From Candidatus Deferrimicrobium sp. (lineage in GTDB: Bacteria > Zixibacteria > MSB-5A5 > GN15 > FEB-12), in NCBI GenBank assembly GCA_035562415.1, contig DATMWY010000247.1, positions 1 to 44,163 on the forward strand: 44,163 bases of DNA. Direction: 5' to 3'. Positions 1 through 10,500 of the stretch are shown here, one piece after another (within the stretch, counting starts at the first letter, position 1; every line of letters starts with the position of its first letter). A program made the translations under genes and the position numbers. Below the pieces are notes generated by a model. The model did no database searches and was not told the DNA's origin. It saw only the letters and a list, made by a program, of their open reading frames with translations.

Positions 1-369
1 GTGTATTCGGCGGCCAAGCAGCTGCTTGAGGCGTTCGCGCTCCCGTCGGCAAGCTCGTTCATGGCGGTGGCGCTGGTGGAGTATCCGCGCCGAGGGGCGT
101 TTTCGCTGGGGTTCATCTCCCGACGCATCGATCTGAACATTAACGGAGAAATCCGCAAGTTTGCCACGGTGTTTATTCCGGCCACGCCGACGCCGGTGAC
201 CGGCAGCGCCGTTCTGGTGCCGGTCGATGAATTGATTCTCGTCAACATGACGGTCGAAGAAGGCATCAAGTTTATCGTGTCCGGCGGAGTGGTCTCCCCG
301 GAGTCTATTAAGAGCGTTTCTGCCGACGCAGGAACGAAAACCGGAGAGGTAGCTCGTGAAACTCGCTAA
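1..369 (+). CDS. DUF502-family membrane protein, C-terminal part (5' end lies outside the window)
   Basis: ORF is open from the window edge. VEYPRRGAFSLGFIS...VFIPATPTPVTGSAVLVPVDELILVNMTVEEGIKFIVSGG resembles the conserved YPR-G-x-LGF / PTTPNPTSG / MSVE core of DUF502 proteins. Confidence 0.65.
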   Translation: MYSAAKQLLEAFALPSASSFMAVALVEYPRRGAFSLGFISRRIDLNINGEIRKFATVFIPATPTPVTGSAVLVPVDELILVNMTVEEGIKFIVSGGVVSPESIKSVSADAGTKTGEVARETR

Positions 370-1261
370 TCTGTTGATGGAGCGGCGCATTAATATCGAC
401 CTTAAGGCCGGCACCAAGGATGTCGCCGTGCAGGAACTTTTGGATTTGATCCAACGGGAAGGAGTCAAGCTGGATTACGACGGCGTGCTGGCTTCGATCC
501 GCGAGCGCGAGGAAATTGAGAATACGTCCTATGGCCGGGGCTTCGCCTTTCCGCACGCCCGCACGGACGCCGTCGACGAAATGTTTATTCTCGTCGGCAT
601 CTCCAAATCGGGTCTGTCGGACAAGACACCCGACGGCACGCCGGTGCACGTGGTCTGCACGCTGCTCACGCCCTCGACGATTGCCAAGCTCTATTTGCAG
701 ACGCTGTCGGGGTTAGCGGCCTTTGCAAGAATGCCGGGGACGCTGGACCAGGTGCGCGAGGTAAAGCACGCTCGCGACATTATCAAGCTCATTTCCGATG
801 CCAACGTCATGGTTGACAAGGAACTGATGGTCAAGGACGTCATGCGCCACGACGTGGTCACCGTCACGCCCGACGACACGCTCAAGGAAGTGGCCAACAA
901 GATGTTTCGGCATCGTCTGTCGGCCATCGCGGTGGTGGACGAAAACCGTAAACTCCTCGGCGTCATCAGCGACCGGGATCTGATCCGCGCCGCCCTGCCT
1001 GATTATCAGGCGCTGATTTCCAACCTCAATTATTCGCTGGACGTCGAGCCGTTCGAGGAGCTGCTCAAACGCGAGGACAAGATCAAGGTGTCGCAGTTGT
1101 ATCAGGAGCAATACGAGGTGACGACACCCCAGACGCGCATTGTCGAAGTGGCCGCCATGATGATTTTCAAGGACGTGCGGCGGGTTTTTGTCACGCAGCA
1201 GGACAATCTGGTCGGCGTTCTGCTGCGTAAAGACATTGTCAATATGATTATTCGGGGATAG
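356..1261 (+). CDS. PTS EIIA(Ntr)-type regulatory domain fused to a CBS pair
   Basis: The N-terminal ~150 aa look like PTS_EIIA_2/PtsN (GFAFPHARTD histidine context). The C-terminal half has two CBS repeats (VMRHDVVTVTPDDTLKEVANKMFRHRLSAIAVVD and VAAMMIFKDVRRVFVTQQDNLVGVLLRKDIV). It overlaps the upstream ORF by 14 nt. Confidence 0.7.
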   Translation: MKLANLLMERRINIDLKAGTKDVAVQELLDLIQREGVKLDYDGVLASIREREEIENTSYGRGFAFPHARTDAVDEMFILVGISKSGLSDKTPDGTPVHVVCTLLTPSTIAKLYLQTLSGLAAFARMPGTLDQVREVKHARDIIKLISDANVMVDKELMVKDVMRHDVVTVTPDDTLKEVANKMFRHRLSAIAVVDENRKLLGVISDRDLIRAALPDYQALISNLNYSLDVEPFEELLKREDKIKVSQLYQEQYEVTTPQTRIVEVAAMMIFKDVRRVFVTQQDNLVGVLLRKDIVNMIIRG

Positions 1262-1318
1262 CCAGTGGCGCTCTTTTGAGTCACCGGACAAAGAACCACA
1301 GAATTAAGGAGGTAGATC

Positions 1319-1948
1319 ATGGCAGATCGACTTGATGTCTTACTGAAGGAATACGAAGGTCTACTGGAAAAGGACCGGCATTTGACTTCATTTTACCATC
1401 AATACTCGACAGTGGGAGCGACTGCAATAGGCGTCGTATTCTACTATGCCTACTCTTCATGCGAACACCAATTCGTGTTTCTAGCCGTGCCGTTGTTAAT
1501 ATGCCTGCTGGCTCTCTTCCTTGAATTCTGGCGAGTGGACTCAGCCATGGTTGCCGCTCATCTTTGTCAAATTGGCGAGAGGATGAGGGAACCTTCGCAT
1601 AATGGCCAAGAAAAAGAAACCAAGAGAAATCACTTATTAGTTTCGACCTCGACAACGCTCGACAAAGGATTATTTATAGTACACAAAGCATCTGGTAAAA
1701 AGCTCTTCAATCCGATGTGGTTGTTCGTCTGGGCGTTCTTTTTTGCCCTTCTCTGGATTACGATTGTATCTTTTTGGAATGCATATGAATGGTTTGAAAA
1801 CAATGGTTACGGGTGGCAACGAGTAGCCTATCTCGCCTTAACTGGAGGACTCACAGTCGCCACTATCTTTGTGTTGTGGATGTTTGAGGGGCGTAAGCGG
1901 TTAGAACGATTCTGCCGTGAAGTGACCGGGTTGATGTGGCAGAATTAA
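1319..1948 (+). CDS. hypothetical multi-pass membrane protein
   Basis: 209-aa ORF with GGAGG 6 nt upstream of the ATG (aaggaggtagatcATG). It has several hydrophobic helices and no recognisable motif. It lies in an AT-richer stretch. Confidence 0.5.
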   Translation: MADRLDVLLKEYEGLLEKDRHLTSFYHQYSTVGATAIGVVFYYAYSSCEHQFVFLAVPLLICLLALFLEFWRVDSAMVAAHLCQIGERMREPSHNGQEKETKRNHLLVSTSTTLDKGLFIVHKASGKKLFNPMWLFVWAFFFALLWITIVSFWNAYEWFENNGYGWQRVAYLALTGGLTVATIFVLWMFEGRKRLERFCREVTGLMWQN

Positions 1949-1964
1949 GAAGGCGGGAACTGAC

Positions 1965-2771
1965 TTGAAGTTTCTTGTTTGGTTTCTTTCTATATCCGTT
2001 CTGGTTTACTGGGCTCCACGAGTCTTTCTGAATTTCGTTATCCCATGTATCGTGCGGTGCGAGGCAGTCGAAATCCTACCGGGCGTTTACAAGCTCGGAG
2101 GGCTCCGTAGCAGAGTCAAGAACGTATACGCACTGACGAAGGGGCCACTGACTATTATCGATCCCGGATTATTCTCGCCAGTGCGATGCATCGACAAATC
2201 ACTGCGACACATTGGATACCGAATCACAGACATCAAATTTATTGTGGCCACCCACTACCACATTGATCACATTGGCAGTGTTGGGGCACTCCGGAGAAAG
2301 AGCGGCGCCCAGGTCATTGCCCACGAGCTGGATGCGCCATTTATCGAGGGCCACCGAAGGGACCAATACCCGCATGCCCCTTGGCATTTGAAAACAGCCC
2401 TTTTGTTTGTCGATCTATTACTTCACGACTATGTAAGCAAAGTAGACATTATAGTGAGGGATAGTCAACACCTGACTGCTCTTGGTGATTTGGAAATTAT
2501 ACATACACCCGGACACACTCCCGGTCATATGTGCCTGCTTGACAGACCACGTAAGATTCTGTTCTCCGGCGATGCCGTGCAAAATTTTGACGGCAGAATT
2601 ACCCGCGCCAAAGAGATTTACTCCGACGACTTAGAAGCTGACATGGAATCCCTTCGTCGTCTCACAGAAGTCGATTTTGTTCATGTGCTTCCTGGAGATG
2701 GTCAGCCACTGCTACATGAAGGCAAAGCCCGAGTCGCGCGATACGTAAAATCACTGGTTTTAAATCCATAA
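1965..2771 (+). CDS. MBL-fold metallo-hydrolase
   Basis: HxHxDH motif (ATHYHIDHIGS), later HTPGHTPGH and a GD(A) motif. TTG start per the ORF track, preceded by an N-terminal hydrophobic segment. Confidence 0.8.
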   Translation: MKFLVWFLSISVLVYWAPRVFLNFVIPCIVRCEAVEILPGVYKLGGLRSRVKNVYALTKGPLTIIDPGLFSPVRCIDKSLRHIGYRITDIKFIVATHYHIDHIGSVGALRRKSGAQVIAHELDAPFIEGHRRDQYPHAPWHLKTALLFVDLLLHDYVSKVDIIVRDSQHLTALGDLEIIHTPGHTPGHMCLLDRPRKILFSGDAVQNFDGRITRAKEIYSDDLEADMESLRRLTEVDFVHVLPGDGQPLLHEGKARVARYVKSLVLNP

Positions 2772-2879
2772 ATGCTTCCGGAGGAGCCAGTAGCGTCAAC
2801 AACTGCCTATGTCTCAGAGTCCTACAAATCAAACGCGGTGTCGCATATTACGCAACTCCAACAGCATGTGTAAAGGACG

Positions 2880-4091
2880 ATGACCTCAAACCGACGACGG
2901 TACGACGTTGACCCGTACCTCTACCTCCTGCTGATTCTGACCGTGCTGGTCTGCTTGCCCGGATTCTACATCGGGATATCGGATTCGCACGTGACGCCGG
3001 CGATCGGAGTTTTCTTTTTTGGCATGGCCATTTTTGGCGGCGCCTTTATCCTCTCCTGGGCGGCGGAGGCGGCGCAGATCGACATCTCCGAATCGCTGGC
3101 GGTCGCAATCCTCGCTCTTCTGGCGGTACTGCCCGAATACGCCGTCGATTTTGTGTTCACCTGGAAATCCGCCCATGACCCGCGGTATGCCCACTACGCC
3201 ATCGCCAACATGACCGGCGCCAATCGCCTGCTGGTGGGGCTGGGATGGCCGCTCGTATTATTGATTTCTCTGATAGTCAAGAAGGGCAAAGCCATTGTTC
3301 TTGATGAAAGCCAGCGGGTGGAGATCTTCTATCTCGCCATGGCCACGATTTATTCGTTCACGATTCCTCTCAAAGGCCATCTCAGTCTTATAGATACGAT
3401 CATTTTGGTGACGTTGTTTGGCCTGTATACGCGACGGGTGACGCAGATGGAAGCGACAGAACCGGAACTGGTCGGACCGGTGCGAATCGTGGCCAACCTG
3501 GGCACCACGGCGCGGCGGATGGCTACCATCTTTATGTTCGCCTTCGCCGGGGCAGTGATTTTTTTCGTGGCGGAGCCGTTTGCCGAGTCGCTGGTGAGCA
3601 TGGGACGTCAGTTCGGGATCAACGAATTTCTGCTGGTCCAGTGGCTGGCGCCGATCGCGTCGGAGTCGCCGGAGTTCATTGTGGCGTGCACCTGGGCGGC
3701 GCGCGGAGCGGCCGGCTCGGCTTTGAAGGCACTTATCTCGTCAAAAGTGAATCAGTGGACGCTGCTGGTCGGTACCATCCCGCTGGTGTATGCCATTTCC
3801 GGACGAGCCGTCAGGCCGTTCATGCTCGATACCTTGCAAGACCATGAACTGCTGTTGACCGCCGCACAGTCGGTGTTCGCCGTGGCGGTGCTCGTCAACC
3901 TGAAACTCGGCCGCTCCGAGGGAATCTTGCTGTTTGTTCTGTTCATGGGCCAGCTTATCGTCGAAAAAATCCGGATGGAGGTGGCGGCGGTGTACATTCT
4001 TTTGGCGCTCGGATTTCACATCAAGCATTGGCGACATTTGATTCCGGCTGCCCGCATCGGCCTGGGACTGAAGCAGAAAAAGCGGCATTGA
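2880..4091 (+). CDS. CaCA-type (sodium/calcium exchanger-like) membrane transporter
   Basis: 403-aa polytopic protein with two alpha-repeat-like segments ending in PE (LLAVLPEYAVD and PIASESPEFIVA), as in Na+/Ca2+ exchanger family proteins. Confidence 0.55.
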   Translation: MTSNRRRYDVDPYLYLLLILTVLVCLPGFYIGISDSHVTPAIGVFFFGMAIFGGAFILSWAAEAAQIDISESLAVAILALLAVLPEYAVDFVFTWKSAHDPRYAHYAIANMTGANRLLVGLGWPLVLLISLIVKKGKAIVLDESQRVEIFYLAMATIYSFTIPLKGHLSLIDTIILVTLFGLYTRRVTQMEATEPELVGPVRIVANLGTTARRMATIFMFAFAGAVIFFVAEPFAESLVSMGRQFGINEFLLVQWLAPIASESPEFIVACTWAARGAAGSALKALISSKVNQWTLLVGTIPLVYAISGRAVRPFMLDTLQDHELLLTAAQSVFAVAVLVNLKLGRSEGILLFVLFMGQLIVEKIRMEVAAVYILLALGFHIKHWRHLIPAARIGLGLKQKKRH

Positions 4092-4124
4092 GCGATCCTT
4101 TCGTCGTGGGCGTATGTCCTGAAA

Positions 4125-4272
4125 CTGTCCCATAAGCCCGATATCACCGTGGGCGTTTCGTGAAACTCCCTTACTATGACTCCGCGTAGCGGCAGGGCTT
4201 GCCCCTGCCGTTTAGGTGGTGAGGGACAAGCCCTCACCCTACGCGAGTCAGTAGTGTATGCTTTTGGGACAG
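4125..4272. repeat. nested inverted-repeat / multi-hairpin structured element between convergent genes
   Basis: Outer stem ctgtccca (4125-4132) pairs with tgggacag (4265-4272). Second stem tactatgactccgcgtag (4172-4189) pairs with ctacgcgagtcagta (4239-4253). These enclose two GC hairpins: ggcaggg-cttg-cccctgcc (4191-4209) and ggtgaggg-acaag-ccctcacc (4218-4238). A further hairpin, gagacc-N8-ggtctc, lies at 4326-4345. Confidence 0.45.
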
Positions 4273-4366
4273 CCTCTCTTCGTGCGCCCGCTCTTAACGG
4301 TAGACGGGGACATCCACCGCGCACGGAGACCGTAGGAGGGGTCTCTCTGGAAACCAGCCAATGTGC

Positions 4367-4999
4367 TTAAAAGAAAAACACAACCGAGGCTGATACCACG
4401 CCGTCGGGAGACGCTCCCAATGCTACTTCGTGATCGCGCTCTTTTCTGGGAAAGCCGGACAAATGGGCGTCGACGTAGGCGTCAAACATGGAGATAAAGG
4501 TGACAATAACCGCGAACCAGGTGAACTTGTTGCGTTCGTCTTTGCGGTCTTGATAAAGATCATACCACTGATTGCGCGCCGCCGGCAGGGCAGCGTTGTC
4601 AAACTCGCGACGAAAAACAGCCGCCTGGCGTCCATAATGGATTGCCGAACCGACAAACCACGCATCCAGACCGGCAAACACGACCGCCTTGACGTACCGC
4701 CGATTGCCGATCTGCCCCAGCCCAGGCACAAACATGGATTTGAACAGTGCCAGCGTGGGATTTTGCGTCAGATGCTTCTCGAAATCCGTCGGATTATTAA
4801 CCGGCGTGTAGGGAAGCAGCGCATTCCCCGGCTGATACAGTGCTGTGTCTACCTGTATAACGGAATCGGCCCCGGCCCGCGACGTGTCCACAAGTGGCGT
4901 ATCGCTCCACGCTGAGCCTGCCGGCATCAGCGTCAGCAGCACGATGCCGAGCGATTTCTGGAGCGCCTCAACAGTATACTTTGAGCTGCTTTTCGGCAA
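4367..4999 (-). CDS. DUF5683-like membrane protein
   Basis: Has a signal-like N-terminus. SMFVPGLGQIGNRRYVKAVVFAGLDAWFVGSAI resembles the (L/V)PG(L/A)GQIYN-(K/R)-YWK core of DUF5683. It overlaps the upstream lipid kinase stop by 32 nt. Confidence 0.5.
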   Translation of the reverse strand: MPKSSSKYTVEALQKSLGIVLLTLMPAGSAWSDTPLVDTSRAGADSVIQVDTALYQPGNALLPYTPVNNPTDFEKHLTQNPTLALFKSMFVPGLGQIGNRRYVKAVVFAGLDAWFVGSAIHYGRQAAVFRREFDNAALPAARNQWYDLYQDRKDERNKFTWFAVIVTFISMFDAYVDAHLSGFPRKERDHEVALGASPDGVVSASVVFFF

Positions 5000-5909
5000 T
5001 GCGTATCTCGAGCACTTCGGATGGAGGGTTCACCAGCTCGCCGTCGAGGTACAATGTCCGATCTGCCACCGGCTGAATGGTGATGGCGCCGCCCCGGTAC
5101 AATTTGATCTCACTGCGAAAGGAGTATTTTCGCCGAAAAGTCTGTTTGATGAACGCGGCAGTGTCGACGACACGGTCGCCGCCGTCGAAGATGACCTCGG
5201 CTTGGCGATCATCGAACTGAGAAGTGGGACTCAGAGGAAACCCGACCGTAAAAGGAAGCAGGCAGACACTGCAAACGGACGGACGGACGTCAAAACGGAA
5301 GGAGTCTATGGCGATCGACATCGCCGTCGGCTCGACTGCCGCCGCCGCTTTTGCCGCCAGTCGTCCCCAGGAGAATCCAAAGCGCGGCGTTTTAGTTCCT
5401 TCCAGAAGCCGGGCCAGCTGGGCAAACAATCCAAGGCCAAGTGATCCGAGAAAAAACCGACCGGATACCGTGGCGGTGTCGATCTTGCGGTAATTGCGCT
5501 TAAGGATATTGTCGATGGCGCTGTCGATGTCCGGTCTGTCGCACAGCGCCCGAGCGATATTGTTGAACCGTCCGGCGGGAAGGATCCCCATCGGCAAATC
5601 CGCTTCTGCGGCCACTTCCGCCACCCCATTGACGGTGCCGTCGCCGCCGCAGGCAATCAGCGCCGTCACGGCTCCGCGACGCTGCATATAGTCCGGCGCC
5701 GGACGCGTCGCCGGCACGAGCCCGCATACCAGCCGTGCCCGCCGCACCATGCCCTCGGCCGATTCACCCTCGTACACGGTGTAAAACCATCCCTGCTGGC
5801 GGATGCGTCGGGTCAGTTTTTCGATCGCTTTCGGGTTGTAGCCGGCCGCCCGGCTGTTGACTAATACGTAATAGTGGGCATGCTGGTCTTTCTGGTGTCT
5901 TTGACGCAT
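4968..5909 (-). CDS. diacylglycerol/lipid kinase family protein (YegS/BmrU-like)
   Basis: GGDGTVNGV catalytic-domain motif, with typical overall length and layout for the DAGK_cat family. Confidence 0.8.
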   Translation of the reverse strand: MRQRHQKDQHAHYYVLVNSRAAGYNPKAIEKLTRRIRQQGWFYTVYEGESAEGMVRRARLVCGLVPATRPAPDYMQRRGAVTALIACGGDGTVNGVAEVAAEADLPMGILPAGRFNNIARALCDRPDIDSAIDNILKRNYRKIDTATVSGRFFLGSLGLGLFAQLARLLEGTKTPRFGFSWGRLAAKAAAAVEPTAMSIAIDSFRFDVRPSVCSVCLLPFTVGFPLSPTSQFDDRQAEVIFDGGDRVVDTAAFIKQTFRRKYSFRSEIKLYRGGAITIQPVADRTLYLDGELVNPPSEVLEIRIAEKQLKVYC

Positions 5910-6111
5910 CGCAGACTCTATATACGCAAAAAGCGATTCACCGGATAGTGATTTCCGCGCCGCTCGACGATGGGTGACGCTCCCAGCCTCGTTTGGGAGT
6001 GGACAGCTCCCGACTGCCCGGCTCTTGCTCCTGTGGCCTCAGTGCATATATTCACAATGAGAACGAAACAAGAGAGTTGCGAACTTTGGCGTGATTACGC
6101 CGGGAGGCATT

Positions 6112-7503
6112 ATGAACTACCGCACTGAATCCGATACGATGGGGCCTATACAGGTTCCCGCCGACCGATATTACGGCGCCCAGACGGCGCGCTCGCTGAT
6201 CCACTTTCGGATCGGCACCGAGCGCATGCCGCGTGAGATCATTCGCGCGATGGGGATCCTCAAGAAGGCCTCGACGCTGGTCAATGTGGAGCTGGGGCTG
6301 CTGCCCAAAGAGAAGGGGGAATTGATCGTCAAAGCGGCCGACGAGGTGATTGACGGCAGACTCGACGACCACTTCCCGCTGGTGGTCTGGCAGACCGGCT
6401 CGGGCACACAGACGAACATGAACGTCAACGAGGTCATCTCCAATCGCGCTATTGAGATAGCCGGCGGGCAGCTCGGCTCGAAAAAACCGATTCATCCCAA
6501 CGACGACGTCAATAAATCGCAATCGTCGAATGACACCTTTCCGACCGCGATGCACATCGCCGCCGTCGAGGAGATTCACCGCCGCCTGATCCCGATGGTG
6601 ACCCACCTGCGCGACACGCTGGCGCAGAAAGCGAATACGTTTACCGATATCATCAAGATCGGCCGGACGCACCTCATGGACGCCGTGCCGCTGACTTTAG
6701 GCCAGGAGTTCTCCGGCTACGTGCAGGCGCTGACCAACGGACTTGAGCGAATCAATGACGCCCTTAAGCGACTGTATCCACTGGCGCTGGGCGGCACGGC
6801 GGTCGGCACCGGACTGAACACCCATCCGCAGTTTGCCGTGAAAGTGGCCGACAGTATCGCCCGGCTGACCGGAAAATCCTTTGTCACCGCGCCCAACAAG
6901 TTCGAGGCGCTGGCGGCACACGACGCCATCGTGGAGACATCGGGTGTCCTCAAGACGCTGGCCTGCTCGCTGATGAAGATCGCCAACGACGTACGCTGGC
7001 TGGCCTCCGGGCCTCGCAGCGGGCTGGGGGAGATTCGGATTCCCGAAAACGAACCCGGATCATCGATCATGCCCGGGAAAGTCAACCCGACTCAGTCCGA
7101 AGCCATGACAATGGTCTGCGCCCAGGTGATCGGCAACGACGTGGCCATCAACGTCGGCGGCGCCTCCGGCAACTTCGAGCTGAACGTCTTCAAGCCGCTT
7201 ATGATCCACAACCTGCTGCAATCGATCCGGCTTTTATCGGATGCCTGTGAAATGTTCAACGAACACTGCGCGGTCGGCATTGAGCCGATCAAGGAGAACA
7301 TTAAAGAGCACTTGGACAATTCCCTGATGCTGGTGACCGCGCTCAACCCGCATATCGGCTATGACAACTCGGCCAAAATCGCCAAGCACGCGCACAAGAA
7401 CAACCTGACCCTCAAACAGGCCGCGGTCGAGCTCGGCATTCTGACTGCCGAGAAGTTCGATTCCGTTGTCCGCCCGGAGGATATGATCGGCCCGAAGGGG
7501 TGA
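6112..7503 (+). CDS. fumC: class II fumarate hydratase
   Basis: [16 protein letters not shown] signature and N-terminal [28 protein letters not shown] 6112 is preferred over GTG 6091 because GGGAGG lies 4 nt upstream. Confidence 0.95.
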   Translation: MNYRTESDTMGPIQVPADRYYGAQTARSLIHFRIGTERMPREIIRAMGILKKASTLVNVELGLLPKEKGELIVKAADEVIDGRLDDHFPLVVWQTGSGTQTNMNVNEVISNRAIEIAGGQLGSKKPIHPNDDVNKSQSSNDTFPTAMHIAAVEEIHRRLIPMVTHLRDTLAQKANTFTDIIKIGRTHLMDAVPLTLGQEFSGYVQALTNGLERINDALKRLYPLALGGTAVGTGLNTHPQFAVKVADSIARLTGKSFVTAPNKFEALAAHDAIVETSGVLKTLACSLMKIANDVRWLASGPRSGLGEIRIPENEPGSSIMPGKVNPTQSEAMTMVCAQVIGNDVAINVGGASGNFELNVFKPLMIHNLLQSIRLLSDACEMFNEHCAVGIEPIKENIKEHLDNSLMLVTALNPHIGYDNSAKIAKHAHKNNLTLKQAAVELGILTAEKFDSVVRPEDMIGPKG

Positions 7504-7556
7504 GGGGATGCGGGCCGCAGGAAATCGGGTAAACGCGAAGCGTGTAGGAAAAGCCC

Positions 7557-10500
7557 ATGCCCAGTCGCGATGATGAAATCTTGAAGGCGATCATAAAGAA
7601 GGTCGGCGTAGGGTCTATGGGAGCCAGACGCAGTAACGACGGCATCGTCTGGAGTTTGAACTATTTCCGTTGTGGCTTGGGGAAGCTTCCACCCGAGATC
7701 GCAGAGCTGCAAAATCTGCAAGAGCTTGATCTTTCAGCTAATCGGTTGACTTCCCTGCCGCCTGAGATCGCCGAGCTGCAAAATCTGGAGTGGCTTGATC
7801 TGAGCGACAATGCACTGAGGGCGATGCCACCTGAAATCGCACAACTGCAAAGTCTGGAATGGCTTGATCTGAGCGACAATCAACTGACGGCCCTGCCACC
7901 TGAAATTGCAGAACTGCAAAATCTGCAATGGGTTGGCCTGAGCTACAATCAACTTACGGCGCTGCCACCTGAAATCGCACAACTGCAAAATCTGCAAAAG
8001 CTAAATTTGAGCGGCAATCAATTGACGGCACTGCCACCTGAAATCAAACAACTGCAAAGTCTGCATGAGCTCGATCTGAGCGGCAATCAACTGACGGCGC
8101 TGCCACCTGAAATCGCACAGCTGCAAAATCTGCAAAAGCTAAATTTGAGCGGCAATCAACTGACGGCACTGCCACCTGAAATCGCACAACTGCAATATCT
8201 GGAACTGCTTTATTTGACCCGCAACCGACTGATGGCACTGCCGCCTGAAATCGCACAACTGCAAAATCTGCAGACGATTGCTCTGAGCCACAATCAACTG
8301 AAGGCACTGCCGCCTGAAATCGCACAACTGCAAAATCTGCGATGGCTTGATCTTCGTTCCAATCAACTGACGACGCTGCCATCTGAAATCGCACGCCTGC
8401 GAAAACTTGAAGAACTTCACCTTGACAATAATCTATACTTGAAAATACCGCCGCCGGAAGTCGTCAAAGAGGGTGTAACCGCCATACAGGACTATTTTCA
8501 ACGACTGGCGGCAGGGAAAGTAAGGCGCTACGAGGCGAAGTTAGTTATTGTCGGCCAGGGAAAAGTAGGCAAGACCTGTCTGTCGCGAGCGTTGAGAGAG
8601 CTTCCGTTCGTTCCCCAACTCAAAACGAGCGGTGTGGAGGTCAACAATTGGACGTTTATTCACCCGTCTCTAAAAAAACAGAAGATCACTCTGCGCATCT
8701 GGGATTTCGAAGGACAGGACATCGCGCACACCACGCACCAGTTTTTCCTTACCGGTCGGTCGCTGTATCTGCTCGTTTTCAATGCCCGCCTCGGCTCAGA
8801 CGTGGGACGTATTCCTTACTGGCTCGAAACCATTCGCGCCCGCGCGCCGAAGTGCGAGGTAATACTCGTTGCCGCCGAGTGCGCTGAGTGTATTCCCAAG
8901 CTGGACTACCAGAGTTTGAAAGAGCGATTCAAGCAGCAGTTGGTCCATGAGGACTATTTCTGGATAGATTCACGAACGGGGCTGGGCATCGAAGAACTGA
9001 AGAAGCATATCGCCCAACGGGCCTCCAGATTGGATCTGATGGGACATGAATGGCCCAAATCAGACATGGATATTGAAAAGAACATTGAGAGCCTTGGCGC
9101 GCAAGGGACGGCGCATACCCGTCGACAAAATCTACAAACGTTAATGACCGAAGCAGGCGTCGACACGACGCAGCACGAGGCCCTTGCTCGAACGCTCGGA
9201 GATCTGGGAACAATCACCCATTTCCCCGACAGTATGTATCTGAACGACCTGATCGTGCTCAACCCACAGTGGCTCACGGGTGCAATCAGTGCGGCATTGG
9301 AAGACGAGCGCCTTGAAAAGTCTGGCGGGTATCTTGAGCATCACTGGCTTACGGACCTGTGGGAGAAGCGTTATCCAGCGCTTGTCCCCACGTTTCATCG
9401 CTGCATGGAAGAGTTTGAGATTTGCTATCCTATCGATGGCGACAACACCCGCAGCCTTGTTCCCCTGCGCTTCAGGCCGCAAAAACCGACAATCCCCTGG
9501 AAGGATGACCCCACGTTGCTGACGCGCAACGTGCGTTACCATTTTCAATTCATTCCGGCCGGCGTGATGGCGCGCTTTATCGTCAAAACTCACCGAATGA
9601 TCGTCAAAACAGCGGATCAGCCCTATGGCGTTTTCTGGGAAAACGGCGTCTTCTTACAAAAGGACAATGCACAAGCCTTGTGCGAGCATAACCCTGACGC
9701 CCGCACGATCATGTTTGAAGTGCGCTCGTTATATCCACAAAGCTTTATGGAGCAGTTATGCGGGTACTTAGAGTCGATCCTGGAGCCGTATAAGGGGTTA
9801 AACCCCGAAAAGACAGTGGGGTGTATCGGAGATCCTACAAGGCTGCCGAAGTGTGCGGGCGAATTCAGCTATGATCAATTGATGTATGCGATGGCAAAAG
9901 AACCGTACACTATAAGTTGCTCAAAAGGATGGCATGAAGTTGATGCTCGCATACTGGTCACCGGCCTTACATCGTTTTCACGAGAGATTGATCGCTCTCA
10001 AAGAATCGATGAGAGTACAAAGAGAATTTTGCGCGAGTTGACAGATGTCAAAGAGGTTGTCTACAGAATTGACGCAGCTACAAGAGAGATAGTCGAGCAC
10101 CAGCAGCGCGACTTTGTTGTGATGTTGACATTTATTGATAAAGCTGTGACTGAAATTTGCCCTGCGGTCGTTGCAATCACTGCTGCAGATCGCAAACCCC
10201 TCGATCCGCGCACCTGGTTTGACCGGAAATACCGGTTGAGGTTGTATTGCCAGGCTGAGGAAGGGATTCACCCGGTGGGCAGAACATATGAATTTAGCGT
10301 GTCGCGCGAATGGTGGCTGGCGATCGGGCCGTATGCCAAAAGGTTCTTGGGAATTCTTAAGTCAGTTGCCGGACCGGCCGTAGCGGCTCTGCCGCTTTAC
10401 CTAAACCAGGTCGAGTGGCAGATCATGAAAGATGATTTCCAGTTGATGGAAGAACTTGTAAAGGTATTAGATGTGCCAGAAGTCAAAGATCGTGCGTCAC

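Noticed and set aside
4016-4370. ORFs 4016-4324 (minus strand) and 4176-4370 (plus strand) in the gap between convergent genes.
   Set aside because: They run through stacked GC hairpins, give Arg/Pro/Gly-rich low-complexity products, and have no SD. The structured-repeat interpretation is preferred.
7661-8420. Regular 69-nt periodicity resembling a CRISPR-like array, plus several minus-strand ORFs (7661-7879, 7734-7997, 8044-8394, 8139-8420).
   Set aside because: The units are contiguous with no unique spacers, and they are in frame with a long plus-strand ORF encoding canonical leucine-rich repeats. The antisense ORFs are repeat shadows.
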